Below are positions 19,719 to 28,018 of a DNA stretch of 44,328 nt, one piece after another. Location of the stretch: the NCBI GenBank assembly GCA_964472375.1, contig CAYYLE010000004.1:8443-52770 (forward strand), written 5' to 3'. The notes below the pieces were generated by a model. The model saw only the letters and a list, made by a program, of their open reading frames with translations. It had not been told where the DNA came from and did no database searches. Made by a program: the position numbers and the translations under genes. Numbering within the stretch: position 1 is the stretch's first letter; each line of letters begins with the position of its first letter. The stretch comes from an uncultured Rickettsiales bacterium. Its GTDB lineage: Bacteria; Pseudomonadota; Alphaproteobacteria; WRAU01; CAYYLE01.

Positions 19719-20888
19719 TTGAAACATGTTTTAATAATTAACGCTGGCTCTTCTAGTTTAAAGTTTCAGTTGTTTTCTTTAAACGGTAAAGAGCTACAAG
19801 GTTCTTACAATGGTCAAGTAAGCGGTATAGGTACAGATGAACCATTGTTTGCTGTTAAAGATGGCGATGGCAACAAAGTTGCAAAGCAAACCTTTACAGC
19901 AAAAGACACAAGACGCGAGCTTTTATACTATGTGATGGATTTTTTAAGTGAAAAACTAGGTGGAGAAAAACTTCACGCTGTTGGGCATAGAGTTGTACAC
20001 GGTGCTGATTTATACCAAGATGCAACTTTAATAAATGATGAAGTTATTCAAAATTTAAAAGATATCACCCCGCTTGCACCTTTACATTTGCCACATAGTA
20101 TTTTTGCTATGGAAGCAATTAAAGAGCGTTATAACGATATTCCTCAAGTTGCAGTTTTTGATACTGCTTTCCACAGAACAAATCCAAAAGTTGCACAAAC
20201 ATATGCTATACCGAAAAAACTAGCAGAAGAAGAAAAGCTATACAGATACGGTATGCATGGTATTTCTTACCAATATATTACAAAAGCAATTAAAGATATT
20301 GATGAAACCGTTGCAAATGGCAAGCTTATTATTTGCCATCTTGGTGCAGGTGCTTCAATTTCAGCTGTTAAAAACGGTAAAGGTATTGCAACTACAATGG
20401 GACTTACCCCTTTAGAGGGTTTACCTATGGGTACAAGATGTGGTTCTATTGACCCTGGTTTAATTTTATATCTTTTAAACTCAAAAGGGCATGATGGCGA
20501 AAGCTTAGGTAGATTGCTTAACCATGAATCAGGTATGCTTGGTTTAACAGATGGTAAATATAGTGATTTCCGTTTTGTAGAAGAGCACGCACCAGAAGCT
20601 TGGGAAGTATTTATACACAGTGTTGTAAAAAATATTGGTTCTTTCATCGCTTTATTAAAAGGTGTAGATGCTATAATCTTTACAGCAGGTGTAGGTGAAA
20701 ACTCAAGAAAACTAAGAGTAGACCTAGCTAATGAGTTTGCTTACTTAGGTGTTGAGCTTGATGAAGATAAAAATAAAGCTTCAGATACTTTAATTACAAA
20801 ACCTTCTAGTAAAGTTAAGTTCTTTGTTATTCCAACACAAGAAGAACTAATGATTGCAGAAAGTTTAGTAGAGCTTTTAAAACTTTAG
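19719..20888 (+). CDS. ackA: acetate kinase
   Basis: INAGSSSLKF, GHRVVHG, LAPLH, VFDTAFH, RYGMHGISY, CHLGAGAS, TPLEGLPMGTRCG, FTAGVGEN, PTQEELMIA. TTG start. Confidence 0.97.
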   Translation: MKHVLIINAGSSSLKFQLFSLNGKELQGSYNGQVSGIGTDEPLFAVKDGDGNKVAKQTFTAKDTRRELLYYVMDFLSEKLGGEKLHAVGHRVVHGADLYQDATLINDEVIQNLKDITPLAPLHLPHSIFAMEAIKERYNDIPQVAVFDTAFHRTNPKVAQTYAIPKKLAEEEKLYRYGMHGISYQYITKAIKDIDETVANGKLIICHLGAGASISAVKNGKGIATTMGLTPLEGLPMGTRCGSIDPGLILYLLNSKGHDGESLGRLLNHESGMLGLTDGKYSDFRFVEEHAPEAWEVFIHSVVKNIGSFIALLKGVDAIIFTAGVGENSRKLRVDLANEFAYLGVELDEDKNKASDTLITKPSSKVKFFVIPTQEELMIAESLVELLKL

Positions 20889-20900
20889 TTTATTAAACTT

Positions 20901-20943
20901 AAAACCCATGGTGACTAATTATTTGGTTACTTTGGGTTTTTTT
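20901..20943 (+). terminator. intrinsic terminator of pta-ackA
   Basis: AAAACCCA-tGGTGACTAA...TTGGTTACT-TGGGTTTT followed by TTT, 12 nt after the ackA stop. Confidence 0.8.
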
Positions 20944-21261
20944 ATTGTCTTTTTAGTTGCCTTGATAGTTTTTTAATATTAAATGCCTTTTTGTTGGTTT
21001 ATTTGCTTATAAAAAATTTTATAGAAAAATAAAGCAATAAAGATTTATTTATAACAAAATGAAAAATTAGCTTACTTTAAGATGCATAGCAGTATTGTAT
21101 AAAGTTACAAAAAAACTAAAGTCGTTACTTTCCCTTAAAAGAGAGCAACAAATATTATAGAAATCAAAAAACCTCTTAAGCTAAAAAAGAAGCAATAATA
21201 TTAAACTACTACCCCTTGGTTTTGTTTTTTAAAAACCCAAAACTAAAAAAGACAAACAATC

Positions 21262-21312
21262 AAAAAAGTACCTAAGGAGCATTGGATTTAAATGTTTAGT
21301 TACTCCTCAGGT
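21262..21312 (-). terminator. intrinsic terminator after the Lon-like protease
   Basis: Minus strand ACCTGAGGAG...CTCCTTAGGT then ACTTTTTT. Confidence 0.65.
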
Positions 21313-21327
21313 TTATTGTTCATAGAG

Positions 21328-23733
21328 CTATTTTTCGGATGTTTTTGCAGCTTTACAAAAGTTTTTAAGTATAGAGCCAAAAACAGTTTCGCTATCTTTG
21401 TATGTTCCATCACTGCTTTGCTTACCAGCAGAGCAAAGAAAAAATATCTCAATTGCTTGCTCTATATTTTCAACAGCATAGATTGTAAAGCTTCCATCAG
21501 CAACTGCTTTTTCTATATCTTCTCTTAAAACTATGTTTTTAATGTTGGTTTTTGGTACTACAACACCATTGTTTTTAGTGCCTTTTTCTTTACAAACATC
21601 AAAAAAGCCTTCAATTTTCTCGTTAACACCACCAATTGCTAAAACCTCACCAGTTTGCGACATTGCACCTGTAACAGCAAGAGATTGGTTAATAGCTTTA
21701 CCAGAAAGTGAAGAAAGCAAGCAGATAACTTCAGCAATAGAGGCACTATCACCATCTACATAGCTATAAGTTTGCTCAAAGTTAACACTTGCACCAAAGC
21801 TAAAGTTTTCAACTAACGCAAACTTGCTTTTAATATAAGAATTAATAATTAAAGATGCTTTTGAGTAGATTTTCCCACTTAGGGCAGAATTTTTTTGCAG
21901 GTTTATAATTCCTGTATTATCTTTGTAAGAGTTTACAGTAATGCGTTGTGGTTGCCCAAAAGTATGCCCATACACTTGGTAAACAGAAAGCCCATTTATC
22001 TGACCAACTTTATTTCCTGTTGTGTTGATTAAAATAGTATTATCTTTAATTGAATCTTTAATGTTAGCACTTAAAATATTTATTCTTAAAAAATGGGCAG
22101 CAATTGCTTTTGCAACATGCTCTTTTAAAATTTCAGAGCTTTTTTCCATTTTGGCAACATGGTTGCTTTCTCTAAGTAAATCGGCCATTTTTCTAAAATT
22201 AGCAGTAATACGAGATTTATCACCAGCTTCTTTAGATGCATGTTTCACAATTTTTGCAAATCCTGTTTTACCAATTGGTAATATATCTTCATCTTTTGTA
22301 TTTTCAAGTAATTTGTTATAAAAAAACTTTAAGGTTTTGTTGTTTATTTCTAAAGTGTGGGTAAAGTTTGCAACTGCTTTAAACAGGTTGTTAAACTCAC
22401 TATCGTATTGAATTAAGGCACTGTAAATTTCACTGCTTCCTACCATTATTACTTTGGTAGTGTTTGGCACTGCTTCTGGTCTTAGGTTGCTACTTGCACC
22501 ACCTACTAAGTTTAAAAGCCCTTCTTTTTTAGGTATTTTTATAGATTGATACTTAAGGGCGTATTTAATTTGTTCCCAAAGTTCGGGCTTTACTAAAACC
22601 TTGCTAGCATCAAGAATTAAATAACCACCGCTTGCAGAATGAAAAGCACCACCTTTAATGGTTTGGCTATCACTGTCGTACTCGTTTATGATATCACCAA
22701 ACAAATTTTCACTTGTTGGGTTGTTTATAGATATTACAGGAACATTTTTTGTTTTACTGTTTTCAGTAATTAAATGCACAGTAAATAAGTCTTTTATAGA
22801 AAATTTTTCAGGCTCTTTTGAAAATAAAGATATAGCCTTTTCTTCATCTGTTTTTGCAACATTTTGAAAAAACTTTTTATGGTTTTTTATTACTGCTTCT
22901 TCTAGCTGGGTTAAATAGTTGCCAACTTTATTATCTTCATATTTTCTACCCCATTTTCTTTTTGTTTTACCAAAAATTTTAGAGCATAAAGCACGAACTT
23001 GCTTAGTGTTAATAACATTTATTCTTGTTATTAGCTCATTTTCACGAATTGGTTGCTTTTCAAGAAACTTTTGTAACTTATGCTCAATATTTTTAAAGCG
23101 AGAGTTTAGGTTTTCTTTATCTTCTGCTGTTAGTTTTTTAAGGTCAGCTTCTTGCATTGGGTTGCCATCTTCTTTAAGAGGAATAACCCCGTATTCTTTT
23201 TCACCTGGTTTAATAGTAAGGTGCATTTCTCTTGCGCATTGGTTTATGCTTTCAAAGTCTTTGCGTTCTTGGGCAATAAAGTCTTGTTTTACTTTGTCTA
23301 CTTTTGCAAGGTAGCTGTTGCTTCTAAAAGATGAAGGTATTATTATTTTTAAGTCTTCTAGGGTTTTTTCAATATCTTTTTTTAGCTCTTTGCCATCGCA
23401 TGCTTTTAGCTTTAGGTATAAAGGCTTGTTGCTGTTTTCAAAATTATAAACATAGCAGATATCAAAAAGCTCTCTTTTTAGGGCTTTTTTCTTGATTATG
23501 TTTTTAATAAAGTCTTTTTTGCCCGAGCCTTTAGGACCTATTGCAAAAACATTATAGCCTTTATCATTAATGTTAATTGCAAGCTCAATTGCAGAAACCA
23601 CTCTTTCTTGCAACACGCCTTCAATGTTTTTTATTTCTTTGCTAGTTAGTTTTTCAGGGTCTACCTGATTGATTTCAAACTTAATTTCTTTGCAATTGAT
23701 TTTGTATTTTTCAATATCTATTTTATTGACCAT
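21328..23733 (-). CDS. Lon-like S16 protease, LonC/YcbZ type (degenerate AAA+ module)
   Basis: GYNVFAIGPKGSGK, CYVYNFE, NPT.ENLFG.I, IKGGAFHSASGGYLILDA, VGQINGLSV, FEQTYSYVDGDSAS (Ser), AIGGVNEKIEGFF (Lys). Confidence 0.9.
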   Translation of the reverse strand: MVNKIDIEKYKINCKEIKFEINQVDPEKLTSKEIKNIEGVLQERVVSAIELAININDKGYNVFAIGPKGSGKKDFIKNIIKKKALKRELFDICYVYNFENSNKPLYLKLKACDGKELKKDIEKTLEDLKIIIPSSFRSNSYLAKVDKVKQDFIAQERKDFESINQCAREMHLTIKPGEKEYGVIPLKEDGNPMQEADLKKLTAEDKENLNSRFKNIEHKLQKFLEKQPIRENELITRINVINTKQVRALCSKIFGKTKRKWGRKYEDNKVGNYLTQLEEAVIKNHKKFFQNVAKTDEEKAISLFSKEPEKFSIKDLFTVHLITENSKTKNVPVISINNPTSENLFGDIINEYDSDSQTIKGGAFHSASGGYLILDASKVLVKPELWEQIKYALKYQSIKIPKKEGLLNLVGGASSNLRPEAVPNTTKVIMVGSSEIYSALIQYDSEFNNLFKAVANFTHTLEINNKTLKFFYNKLLENTKDEDILPIGKTGFAKIVKHASKEAGDKSRITANFRKMADLLRESNHVAKMEKSSEILKEHVAKAIAAHFLRINILSANIKDSIKDNTILINTTGNKVGQINGLSVYQVYGHTFGQPQRITVNSYKDNTGIINLQKNSALSGKIYSKASLIINSYIKSKFALVENFSFGASVNFEQTYSYVDGDSASIAEVICLLSSLSGKAINQSLAVTGAMSQTGEVLAIGGVNEKIEGFFDVCKEKGTKNNGVVVPKTNIKNIVLREDIEKAVADGSFTIYAVENIEQAIEIFFLCSAGKQSSDGTYKDSETVFGSILKNFCKAAKTSEK

Positions 23734-23772
23734 TTTATTTTTAAGCCCTCCCTATTGCTTATTTTTTTAAAT

Positions 23773-24528
23773 TTAACTGATAAGTTTAAAGATTTGTTCT
23801 TGAATTGTTTGTAAATCATCGGGGGTTGAAAGCCCATGGTTGCTTTCTTTACAAAGTATTAGCTTTGCATTTTCTGATGTTATTTTTTCCATAATTTCTA
23901 TACTTTTAGTATAATGCACTGAAGAATCTTTCATTCCTTGTAAAATAGTAATAGGTTTTTGTATTTCAATTTTATCTTTTTGTAATAAGGCAAATTTTTC
24001 AGCATTTAATAAAAGATTATAAGGAACTATTAAACTATCATATTGTGGGTCGGTTTGTAGTTTTAAATAGCCTTGCTCTTTTAAGGTTTTAAGTTGGTTT
24101 TCATCAAAACTACTAAGCATATCAGTATGAAAATCAGGTGCAGGAGCTAAAGCTAAAAGCGAATGTACCTGACTAGGGTTTTTTAAGCAATAAAGCATTG
24201 CAAGCCAACCGCCTAAACTACTGCCTATAATTAGTTTTTGTTTGTTTTTGCTAAGTTTTTCTAAAACAATTTCTACATCGCAAAGCCAAGTTTCTATGTT
24301 TGCGTTTAAAATATCACCTTCAGATTTACCGCTTGCACTTAAATCAAAAGCTATAAAAGGTAGGTTGTGCTTAAGGCAAAGCTCTTTTACAAACAAGGCT
24401 TTAGTGCTTTCACAACTAGAGCTATAACCATGCAAAAACACGACAAAAGGCTTACTTTTGCTGTAATACTCTTGGTTTTTTATTTCGTAGTATAGTTTGT
24501 TATTGTTTTTATTTAGTATATAGTTCAT
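23773..24528 (-). CDS. alpha/beta hydrolase (ABHD10-like esterase)
   Basis: VFLHGY.S...TKA, GSSLGGW nucleophile elbow, APAPDF, LQGMKD, ESNHGLS (Ser-Asp-His triad). Confidence 0.92.
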   Translation of the reverse strand: MNYILNKNNNKLYYEIKNQEYYSKSKPFVVFLHGYSSSCESTKALFVKELCLKHNLPFIAFDLSASGKSEGDILNANIETWLCDVEIVLEKLSKNKQKLIIGSSLGGWLAMLYCLKNPSQVHSLLALAPAPDFHTDMLSSFDENQLKTLKEQGYLKLQTDPQYDSLIVPYNLLLNAEKFALLQKDKIEIQKPITILQGMKDSSVHYTKSIEIMEKITSENAKLILCKESNHGLSTPDDLQTIQEQIFKLIS

Positions 24529-24572
24529 AGCACCTTAGCTTGTTAGCTGTTTTTTATAGAATTTATTTTATA

Positions 24573-24601
24573 TTGTAAAAAACTATGTTATGAACTATTA
24601 T
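24573..24601 (+). promoter_or_regulatory. candidate thrS promoter
   Basis: TTGTAA (24573-24578), 17 nt, TATTAT (24596-24601). Confidence 0.5.
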
Positions 24602-24680
24602 AACATGTGTATTGTTTTTTAGTAGTAGTGCTAAACTTTAGTATTTAATTTTTTGTATAAAAAGAGGTATTGTTGCACTT

Positions 24681-26600
24681 ATGATAAGTGTTAAATTATT
24701 AGATGGTAGCTTGCTAAGTTGTGAAAAAAACTCAAAAGTAAGCGATGTAGTTGCAAAAATTTCTATATCTTTAGCTAAAAGTGCTTTAGCTGCAAAAGTA
24801 AATGGCACGCTTGTAGACCTTTCTTACACCCTAAGTTCTGATTGCTCTTTAGAGGTTATTACTGCAAAAAATATAGAATACGCAAACCAAATGTTAAGGC
24901 ACGATTGTGCACACCTTTTAGCACAAGCATTGCTTGAGCTTTACCCAAATATTGAGCTTTCAGTTGGACCTGCAACAGAAAAAGGCTTTTATTATGATTT
25001 TATGTTAGATGAGCCTTTAAAAGAATCTGATTTATCAGTAATTGAAAATGCAATGAAGCATTTTGTTGCTAAAGATTTTAAAATTGTAAGAGAAGAACTT
25101 TCAAGAAATGATGCTGTTAGTTTTTTTAAAAAACTAAATCAAAGCATTAAAGTTAAAATAATAAGCAATATTCCAGAAAGTGAAACACTAAGTATATACA
25201 CTCAAGGGGATTTTACGGACCTTTGTAGAGGCCCTCACTTTCCTAGTACTAAATATGTTGGTAAACATTTTAAGCTTACAGCACTTTCAGGTATTAATGC
25301 ACAAGATTTACCAGAAGGTAAAATCATGCAAAGAATATCAGGTATTGCATTTTTTACCAAAAAAGAGCTTGAAGATTATCTAGTATTTTTGGAAGAAGTT
25401 GAAAAAAGAGACCATCGTAAACTAGGGGCAAATTTAAAGCTTTTTCACCAACAGCAAGAAGCAGCAGGTTCAGTTTTTTGGCACAATAAAGGTTATAGAA
25501 TGTATAAAAATATAGAAAATTACATTCTAAAGCTTTTAGAAACAGAAGGCTACAGCCAAGTAAAAACACCACAAGTTATGAGCAGAAAGTTTTGGGAGCT
25601 TTCAGGTCATTGGGCAAAGTTTAAAGATAACATGTTTGTAATAGATAGTGATAAAGAAGAAACACTGGCTATTAAACCAATGAACTGCCCAGGACATGTG
25701 CAAATATATAATAAAGAAATAAGAAGTTATAAAGACCTTCCTTTAAGGCTTGCAGAGTTTGGCTCATGCCACCGTAACGAGCCATCAGGTGCTTTACACG
25801 GTCTTTTAAGAGTAAGAGAATTCACTCAAGATGATGGGCATATTTTTTGCACTCAAGACCAAATAGTAGAAGAAACAAAGTCTTTTTGTAAAGCTTTAGA
25901 GAAAACTTATCGTGATATTTTAGGCGATGTGCAAATAATTGTTAAATTTTCAGACAGACCAGAAGTAAGACAAGGCTCTGATGAAATTTGGGACAAAGCA
26001 GAGCAATCATTAAGAGATGCTGCATTTAAAGCAGGGTTAGATTTAATTGAAAATAAAGGCGAAGGTGCTTTTTATGGACCTAAGCTTGAGTTTACTTTTA
26101 AAGATTCTCTAGGTCGCCATTGGCAATTAGGTACTTTGCAGGTTGATTTTGTATTGCCTAAAAACCTAGGTGCTACATATATTAACAGCGAAGGCGAAAG
26201 AGAAACTCCTGTAATGCTTCACCGTGCTATACTTGGCTCGTTTGAAAGATTTATAGGAATAATGCTAGAACACCATGCGGGCAAACTACCTGATTGGATA
26301 ACCCCAATACCTTTGGTTATTGCAACAGTTAGTGATAGTGCTACCCCTTATGCAGCTAGCTTGCATAGAGACCTTGCAAGGCAAGGTGTTTACAGTGTTT
26401 TAGATAGCAGAAATGAAAAAATAAGCTATAAAATCAGAGAGCATTCAGTGCAAAAGATACCTTATATTGCTATTTTAGGTGATAAAGACGCAAGCAATAA
26501 AACAGTATCTGTGCGTTATTTTGGTGAAAACAACACCGAGGTAATGGAGTACGATGCCTTTGTAGAGTTTATAAAATCTAAAGTTGTAATACCTGGTTAA
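24681..26600 (+). CDS. thrS: threonine--tRNA ligase
   Basis: TGS domain, RHDCAH, DLCRGPH, RDHRKLG, KPMNCPGH, HRNEPSGALHGLLRVREFTQDD, MLHRAILGSFERF. Confidence 0.99.
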   Translation: MISVKLLDGSLLSCEKNSKVSDVVAKISISLAKSALAAKVNGTLVDLSYTLSSDCSLEVITAKNIEYANQMLRHDCAHLLAQALLELYPNIELSVGPATEKGFYYDFMLDEPLKESDLSVIENAMKHFVAKDFKIVREELSRNDAVSFFKKLNQSIKVKIISNIPESETLSIYTQGDFTDLCRGPHFPSTKYVGKHFKLTALSGINAQDLPEGKIMQRISGIAFFTKKELEDYLVFLEEVEKRDHRKLGANLKLFHQQQEAAGSVFWHNKGYRMYKNIENYILKLLETEGYSQVKTPQVMSRKFWELSGHWAKFKDNMFVIDSDKEETLAIKPMNCPGHVQIYNKEIRSYKDLPLRLAEFGSCHRNEPSGALHGLLRVREFTQDDGHIFCTQDQIVEETKSFCKALEKTYRDILGDVQIIVKFSDRPEVRQGSDEIWDKAEQSLRDAAFKAGLDLIENKGEGAFYGPKLEFTFKDSLGRHWQLGTLQVDFVLPKNLGATYINSEGERETPVMLHRAILGSFERFIGIMLEHHAGKLPDWITPIPLVIATVSDSATPYAASLHRDLARQGVYSVLDSRNEKISYKIREHSVQKIPYIAILGDKDASNKTVSVRYFGENNTEVMEYDAFVEFIKSKVVIPG

Positions 26601-26655
26601 GGGCTTTAGTATTTTTAAAAAAAGTGTGTAAATAAAAATTGGAGTCTCATATATA

Positions 26656-27210
26656 GTGAAACCTATAAGAAAATCTAACGATAATAGAGTAGTTGATAAA
26701 ACCCCTGTTAATCATCAAATTAGAGCCTTAGAGGTAAGGTTGATTGATGCAGAAGGCAACATGGCAGGTGTTGTAAAAACTAAAGATGCTATTGAGCTTG
26801 CAAAAAAAGATGGGCTTGATTTAGTTGCTGTTTCGCCGAATGCCGAACCACCTGTGTGTAAAATACTTGATTATGGTAAATATAAATACCAACAACAAAA
26901 AAAGAAAAGTGAAGCTAAAAAGCATCAGTCTGCTGTTGAGCTAAAAGAGATTCAACTAAGACCAAATATTAGTGAACACGATTACCAAGTTAAACTAAAA
27001 GCCTTAAACAGATTTATTGATAGTAGAAACAAAGTTAAGGTTACAGTTAGGTTTAGAGGTCGTGAAGTTGCATACCAACAGCATGGTATTGAGCTTTTAG
27101 AAAAAATGCATAAAGATGCAGGTGCAGAAGAAAAAGTTCGTTTAGAGGCAAAGCCAAGAGTTGAGGGAAGGTCTATGTTTATGATTATTTCTCCACTTTC
27201 TACTAAATAA
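26656..27210 (+). CDS. infC: translation initiation factor IF-3
   Basis: N.QIRA.EVRLID, LDLV.VSPNAEPPVCKILDYGKYKY, VKVTVRFRGRE. The true start may be the in-frame ATA at 26653. Confidence 0.98.
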   Translation: MKPIRKSNDNRVVDKTPVNHQIRALEVRLIDAEGNMAGVVKTKDAIELAKKDGLDLVAVSPNAEPPVCKILDYGKYKYQQQKKKSEAKKHQSAVELKEIQLRPNISEHDYQVKLKALNRFIDSRNKVKVTVRFRGREVAYQQHGIELLEKMHKDAGAEEKVRLEAKPRVEGRSMFMIISPLSTK

Positions 27211-27214
27211 AAAC

Positions 27215-27243
27215 TTTACAAAAAATACATTAAGCTATAAAAT
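27215..27243 (+). promoter_or_regulatory. candidate rpmI-rplT promoter
   Basis: TTTACA (27215-27220), 17 nt, TAAAAT (27238-27243). Confidence 0.55.
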
Positions 27244-27263
27244 TTATAGTTGTTTTTAATAAA

Positions 27264-27295
27264 GGCGTATAAGGCAGGGCATGCCGAATATCGTC
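27264..27295 (+). promoter_or_regulatory. GC-rich leader hairpin upstream of rpmI (candidate L20 autoregulatory element)
   Basis: GGCG TAT aa GGCA gggca TGCC ga ATA t CGTC nested stem in an otherwise AT-rich spacer. Confidence 0.5.
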
Positions 27296-27331
27296 AAATA
27301 TGTTTAAACTCATATACAAAAGGAGAATAAA

Positions 27332-27526
27332 ATGCCCAAGTTAAAGAATAAATCTAGTGCTAAGAAAAGATTTAAATTTACTGCAACTGGTCTTGTAAAA
27401 GCTAAGTTTGCAAACAAGAGTCACTTTTTAAGACGCCGTTCTAAAGATATGAAAAGAAATGCAAGAGGCACCAAAGTTTTAACAAAAGGTGATGCTTCTT
27501 TAGTAAAACAGTGTTTACATTCATAA
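27332..27526 (+). CDS. rpmI: 50S ribosomal protein L35
   Basis: [20 protein letters not shown]; AGGAG RBS. Confidence 0.98.
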   Translation: MPKLKNKSSAKKRFKFTATGLVKAKFANKSHFLRRRSKDMKRNARGTKVLTKGDASLVKQCLHS

Positions 27527-27560
27527 AAATTTAACTTAAAAAAATACAAGGAAATAAAAA

Positions 27561-27926
27561 ATGGCTCGTGTTAAAAGAGGCGTTACTTCTCGTAAACGCC
27601 ATAAAAAAGTATTGCAAATGGCTAAAGGCTACAGAGGACGCAACAAAAATGTGTTTAGAGTAGCATTAGAAAAAGTAGAAAAAGCATTACAATACTCTTA
27701 CAGAGATAGAAGAGTTCGTAAAAGAGAGTTTAGAAAACTTTGGATTCAAAGAATCAATGCAGCAGTAAGAGAAAAAGGTTTAACTTACTCGCAGTTTATT
27801 CATGGCTTAAAGTTAGCAGGTATTGAAATGGACAGAAAAGTTCTAGCTGATTTAGCTGTAAACTCTCAAGAAAGCTTTGCAAAAGTTTTAGAAGCTGTAC
27901 AAGAAGCTTTAAACAAAAAAGCATAA
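27561..27926 (+). CDS. rplT: 50S ribosomal protein L20
   Basis: [45 protein letters not shown]. Confidence 0.99.
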   Translation: MARVKRGVTSRKRHKKVLQMAKGYRGRNKNVFRVALEKVEKALQYSYRDRRVRKREFRKLWIQRINAAVREKGLTYSQFIHGLKLAGIEMDRKVLADLAVNSQESFAKVLEAVQEALNKKA

Positions 27927-27969
27927 AAAGTAAGAATTTTTAAATAATATTACTTTTTTATTCATAAAC

Positions 27970-28001
27970 GCTAGCTTTTAATTAAGCTAGCATTCCTTTT
28001 T
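27970..28001 (+). terminator. hairpin/terminator between rplT and pheS
   Basis: GCTAGCTT-ttaatt-AAGCTAGC followed by ATTCCTTTTT. Confidence 0.55.
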
Positions 28002-28018
28002 ATTAGCGTTGGGTAAAC

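Noticed and set aside
20945-21255. MITE/IS call for the ackA-lon spacer
   Set aside because: The inverted ends are short, imperfect and low-complexity, with no target duplication or transposase. Kept only as a low-grade finding.
21292-21528. 78-aa + strand ORF preceded by AAGGAG
   Set aside because: The apparent RBS is one arm of the lon terminator stem and the ORF is mostly antisense to the protease.
24602-24680. thrS leader as an E. coli-like tRNA-mimic operator or T-box
   Set aside because: Only short AT-rich stems; no anticodon-like loops or T-box motif visible.
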